Of a stretch of DNA of 64,000 nucleotides, positions 59,469 to 64,000 are shown in pieces (the stretch's first letter is position 1; each line of letters begins with the position of its first letter). The stretch lies in NCBI RefSeq assembly GCF_009914755.1, contig NC_060947.1; one strand, given 5' to 3'. Source of the DNA: the human T2T-CHM13v2.0 reference genome, Homo sapiens. The position numbers and the translations under genes are program-made. The notes under the pieces were generated by a model. That model was not told the origin of the DNA. It did not search any database and was given only the letters and a program-made list of their open reading frames with translations.

Positions 59469-61640
59469 TGGCGTAGTGTCTTCCCACTGTTTTGTCTGTC
59501 TTGAGAATAGCATTCAACGCGACTGTGTTCCCGCAGCAGACGTTAGGCCGCTGCCCACGCCTTGAGTGCCGGACGAGGTCAACATAGGCTTTCCGTCACA
59601 GAATATGTTTGGGCAGGAAGATCGGAACACTTGGGGCTGGGCCATCTACCGCTCCCCCACGGCACACACGAGTCGTCAGGGAAATGCCCGCCTCTGTGTG
59701 TGTTGTACGTGCAGCCTTCTGGGCAGAGCCGTGGAGAGTTGGACGTAGGCCAGGTGTGAGGAGGAGAGGTGTGTTTGGGGTGGCCACTGGCTCCCTTCCT
59801 GCGTGACGTAGGCTGGCGTGGGCTCTTCCCCCAGCCCCTTGCCGGTGCTGCCACGTGAGAAGGGCCCGGGTGCCGGTCCCGCTATTCCGGAATTGTGGGT
59901 TCACCTGAAGTTTGAGGCCAAACCCCCAGCGGTCAGTGGGACGCCAGTCGCCTTTGACCTCTTGGTCAAGCTGGCCTTGCCGTGACCCGTGAGAATGCCC
60001 AAGTGCCAATGTGTCCCGGGGGGCAGGGCCGGGGCTGGGATCCTAGTGTGTGCCCAGTCTCCTTCTCGTCCCTGCGGGTTCCACCATCCTCCCATCCTAA
60101 CGCATCGTTAGGGATGCGGTTAGGTCGGGTCCATCCCCAGGGCGGTCCAAGGGGACCGCTTTCTGGTTTGTCAGGAAGGCAGGCTAGTAAGAAGGGTCCC
60201 GCCGAGTCCCATCTGCCAAGGACAGGGTCCCGCAGGTGGGCCAGGGCTGGCCCAAAGCGGCCGAGATGCTGATCCGCCATGTGCGGGGCGCTGTTGGCGT
60301 TTTTTCCTCAGCAAAGGGCGGAGGGAGTGGACGTGGGGGAAGGGCAGGTGGGCATTTCTGGAGCAATACTGCCATCAAGAGGAACTGGCTTGGCAATCCC
60401 GCGCACCCTTCGCTGTGCTCGCCTGGGGAGGAGTGGCTTGGGACTGTCCTGGGGGACCAGGCAGGACTAGGGCAGGTGCTCGGACGGATCCGAGGTCTCT
60501 GGAGGTCCGAGAGAAGCAGGCTCCGCCGCGGGGTCGGGCGGTGGAAGCCCCAGAGAGAGGCGCCAGGACTAGCTGGACAGCCAGGACGCCGGGCCGTTCC
60601 CGGACAGGAAGCCACGGCTCGGGAGCCTGGTGGCGGCCATGATCTGGGCGGGACCAGCGGAGGCCTCCGCCAGGGAGCCTGGGCTCGGGGCCTTGGGCAG
60701 TTTGCCTGGTGCCCCTTCCCGTGGGAGCAACCGGGGTGACGGCCTAGCTGGGTCCTCGGCCCGGGAGGCTCCGTCGGCCACACTGCACGCCTGCGGTGTG
60801 AGGAGGGCCGACTGCCAGTGCTGAGTTCCGTGGCCATTGGCGCGGGTGCCCGCCGCTGCTGGCCGGCGCCGGGGCGTTCCTCCTTGCGTCCTAGGGAGGA
60901 AGGTGGGCCGCGGGGCATCCCGCGGGGCCCGTACCCAGACGGTTCTTGACGAGGTGGACGCAAGGCCAGGCCCGGCCCGGTCACCCTCAGACGCCGCGCA
61001 CCCGCCTTGTTGAGACTTGCCACCCTGTCTTGTTGTGTCCATGTCCCCGAGGTTGTCTTGGAGGCGGGCCGTTCCCCGTGGTGCTCATTTCTGCCTGGGG
61101 GCCTTCCGGGGACCCCGCTTGTCTTTGGGGGTGCGCAGGCCCTTGCCCTGCGATCAGAGGCGCACCGACCGATGAGTTCGGTGGCAAAGCTTGAGAAATG
61201 GAGACTCTCTGGGCATCGGCTAAGGGGGCCCGGGGCCTTCCCAGGCCTGCTGGAGTCCGGGAAGCCGGGGGCACCCAGAAGGAAGGACCCGTCGGACTCT
61301 GCCTGGGGACAGCCTGCTCCGCGCCAGAAGGGTCCGCTGCTCAGGCAGCATCCCCGTGCCTCTCCTCCAGTGGGTCCCTCAGGTAGAATCGGGGCAGGCC
61401 CCACTGGACGTGCAGGGAGGAGGCTCGGAGGATGCATCCTTTGCAGGACCCGGTCTGGTACAGCAGCAGACGGAGCCATCTCCCGGGGCTTTCTGGCTTC
61501 TCCGAGGGTGTTCAGGAGTCTCCCAAGTGCGCAGGGGCTCGTGCCCAAAGGGTGGAGGTCGGCACCGCTTCGCTCAATTCAGGAGTGGAGAAGGAAGCTA
61601 GAGGACCCTCTGGAGGTGGCAGGTTTAATGTCCTGCTTTT

Positions 61641-61671
<31 letters not shown>

Positions 61672-62417
61672 TTTTGTAATCAACTGAAAGAAGGCAGAAG
61701 GAGTCGATGGGCCTCTTAGGCCGGAAACCTTACAAGCATAGGACCAAGGCAGAAAAGGTCCAGAGGGTTCATGGTCCTCCGTTCCACCTGAATCCAGCTA
61801 GAGAGCGAGCCAGGGGGATAGGTGTGCCCCTCGTCGCCCGTGCGCTGAGGCACTGTCACGCAAAGAGACATTCACCTTCCACGTCAACGCACCTTTAAGG
61901 GCGAGAGCGGTCCGCCGTGCCCAAGAGGAACGGGATGACATTCAACTGGGACTTGCCTCACCTTGGCTTGGGGGACCTCGAGAGCGGTCCCGTGGGGGCG
62001 GTGTTACTCGTGGTGGTAGAAGTGGAGGGCGTGTCCGGGTACTTGAGTTCATGGGCATCTCTCCCGCCGCCTCTCAGCCTATCTGCACCATGTCTCACAC
62101 GTTCAGTTGCAGCTCTTACCGTTTTGAAGGCGCACGTGGGCAAGAAGTCCTGGGCAGCACAAGAAAGTCAATCACGTTGAGACAGAGAGAGCAGGAGAGG
62201 AAGTGGGCCCCAGTAGAAGTGGGCGAGAGAGCGTTGGGTGGGAACGTGGCACGAGAGAGAGAAATTATGAGATTGACAGAGAGAGAGAGAGAGAGAGAGA
62301 AAGAGAAAGAGAGAGAGAAAGAGAAAGAGACAGAGAAAAGAAACTATGTTGTTTAAAATGCCAGCGGAAAGTCCATGGGGGTGAAAGAGTCCGGCAATGG
62401 CCAGGGAGTTAGCAGCT
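59469..62417. repeat. Macrosatellite monomer 3 (2949 bp; 2x GGCCC, 8x TTTA)
   Basis: Direct comparison. Confidence 0.95.
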
Positions 62418-64000
62418 TGGCGTAGTGTCTTCCCACTGTTTTGTCTGTCTTGAGAATAGCATTCAACGCGACTGTGTTCCCGCAGCAGACGTTAGGCCGC
62501 TGCCCACGCCTTGAGTGCCGGACGAGGTCAACATAGGCTTTCCGTCACAGAATATGTTTGGGCAGGAAGATCGGAACACTTGGGGCTGGGCCATCTACCG
62601 CTCCCCCACGGCACACACGAGTCGTCAGGGAAATGCCCGCCTCTGTGTGTGTTGTACGTGCAGCCTTCTGGGCAGAGCCGTGGAGAGTTGGACGTAGGCC
62701 AGGTGTGAGGAGGAGAGGTGTGTTTGGGGTGGCCACTGGCTCCCTTCCTGCGTGACGTAGGCTGGCGTGGGCTCTTCCCCCAGCCCCTTGCCGGTGCTGC
62801 CACGTGAGAAGGGCCCGGGTGCCGGTCCCGCTATTCCGGAATTGTGGGTTCACCTGAAGTTTGAGGCCAAACCCCCAGCGGTCAGTGGGACGCCAGTCGC
62901 CTTTGACCTCTTGGTCAAGCTGGCCTTGCCGTGACCCGTGAGAATGCCCAAGTGCCAATGTGTCCCGGGGGGCAGGGCCGGGGCTGGGATCCTAGTGTGT
63001 GCCCAGTCTCCTTCTCGTCCCTGCGGGTTCCACCATCCTCCCATCCTAACGCATCGTTAGGGATGCGGTTAGGTCGGGTCCATCCCCAGGGCGGTCCAAG
63101 GGGACCGCTTTCTGGTTTGTCAGGAAGGCAGGCTAGTAAGAAGGGTCCCGCCGAGTCCCATCTGCCAAGGACAGGGTCCCGCAGGTGGGCCAGGGCTGGC
63201 CCAAAGCGGCCGAGATGCTGATCCGCCATGTGCGGGGCGCTGTTGGCGTTTTTTCCTCAGCAAAGGGCGGAGGGAGTGGACGTGGGGGAAGGGCAGGTGG
63301 GCATTTCTGGAGCAATACTGCCATCAAGAGGAACTGGCTTGGCAATCCCGCGCACCCTTCGCTGTGCTCGCCTGGGGAGGAGTGGCTTGGGACTGTCCTG
63401 GGGGACCAGGCAGGACTAGGGCAGGTGCTCGGACGGATCCGAGGTCTCTGGAGGTCCGAGAGAAGCAGGCTCCGCCGCGGGGTCGGGCGGTGGAAGCCCC
63501 AGAGAGAGGCGCCAGGACTAGCTGGACAGCCAGGACGCCGGGCCGTTCCCGGACAGGAAGCCACGGCTCGGGAGCCTGGTGGCGGCCATGATCTGGGCGG
63601 GACCAGCGGAGGCCTCCGCCAGGGAGCCTGGGCTCGGGGCCTTGGGCAGTTTGCCTGGTGCCCCTTCCCGTGGGAGCAACCGGGGTGACGGCCTAGCTGG
63701 GTCCTCGGCCCGGGAGGCTCCGTCGGCCACACTGCACGCCTGCGGTGTGAGGAGGGCCGACTGCCAGTGCTGAGTTCCGTGGCCATTGGCGCGGGTGCCC
63801 GCCGCTGCTGGCCGGCGCCGGGGCGTTCCTCCTTGCGTCCTAGGGAGGAAGGTGGGCCGCGGGGCATCCCGCGGGGCCCGTACCCAGACGGTTCTTGACG
63901 AGGTGGACGCAAGGCCAGGCCCGGCCCGGCCCGGCCCGGCCCGGCCACCTTCAGACGCCGCGCACCCGCCTTGTTGAGACTTGCCACCCTGTCTTGTTGT
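62418..64000. repeat. Macrosatellite monomer 4 (partial; 5x GGCCC)
   Basis: Direct comparison; cut by the window end. Confidence 0.95.

Larger units (their letters stand above)
53271..64000. repeat. DXZ4: DXZ4 macrosatellite: array edge, ~3.5 near-identical 3-kb GC/CpG-rich monomers plus a degenerate edge fragment
   Basis: Same sequence recurs at 53540, 56516, 59469 and 62418 (periods 2976, 2953, 2949 bp). Each unit has (GGCCC)n, (TTTA)n and (GA)n tracts, matching the described DXZ4 monomer organisation. The tandem structure is seen directly; the name comes from recognition. Confidence 0.93.

Overview
Human/primate genomic DNA with no intact native protein-coding gene. Bases 1 to ~53.2 kb are very repeat-dense: roughly 60 Alus, L1/L2 fragments, several LTRs and a decayed ERV1 with pol/env remnants. 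This part also holds a disabled EEF1G processed pseudogene (31.2-32.6 kb, +), an intact-ORF SUMO2 retrocopy (46.5-47.6 kb, -), a tiny U6 retro-fragment, a 1.6-kb TA-rich minisatellite and a CpG-rich promoter-like patch (~51.2-51.7 kb). From ~53.3 kb to the end lies the edge of a GC/CpG-rich ~3-kb tandem macrosatellite (periods 2976, 2953, 2949 bp) with internal (GA)n, (GGCCC)n and (TTTA)n tracts, which I recognise as DXZ4 (Xq23), a known locus. Best leads: (1) each monomer has antisense splice sites that join two ORFs in frame, with the length-variable microsatellites inside the intron; (2) an old ~2-kb direct duplication of the array-flanking promoter region, 27 kb upstream, with CTCF-like motifs; (3) a SUMO2 retrocopy with only M55V plus an in-frame upstream ATG; (4) a sharp homogenisation boundary at the array edge. 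Repeat subfamily names come from memory of consensus sequences, boundaries are approximate, and no database search was run.
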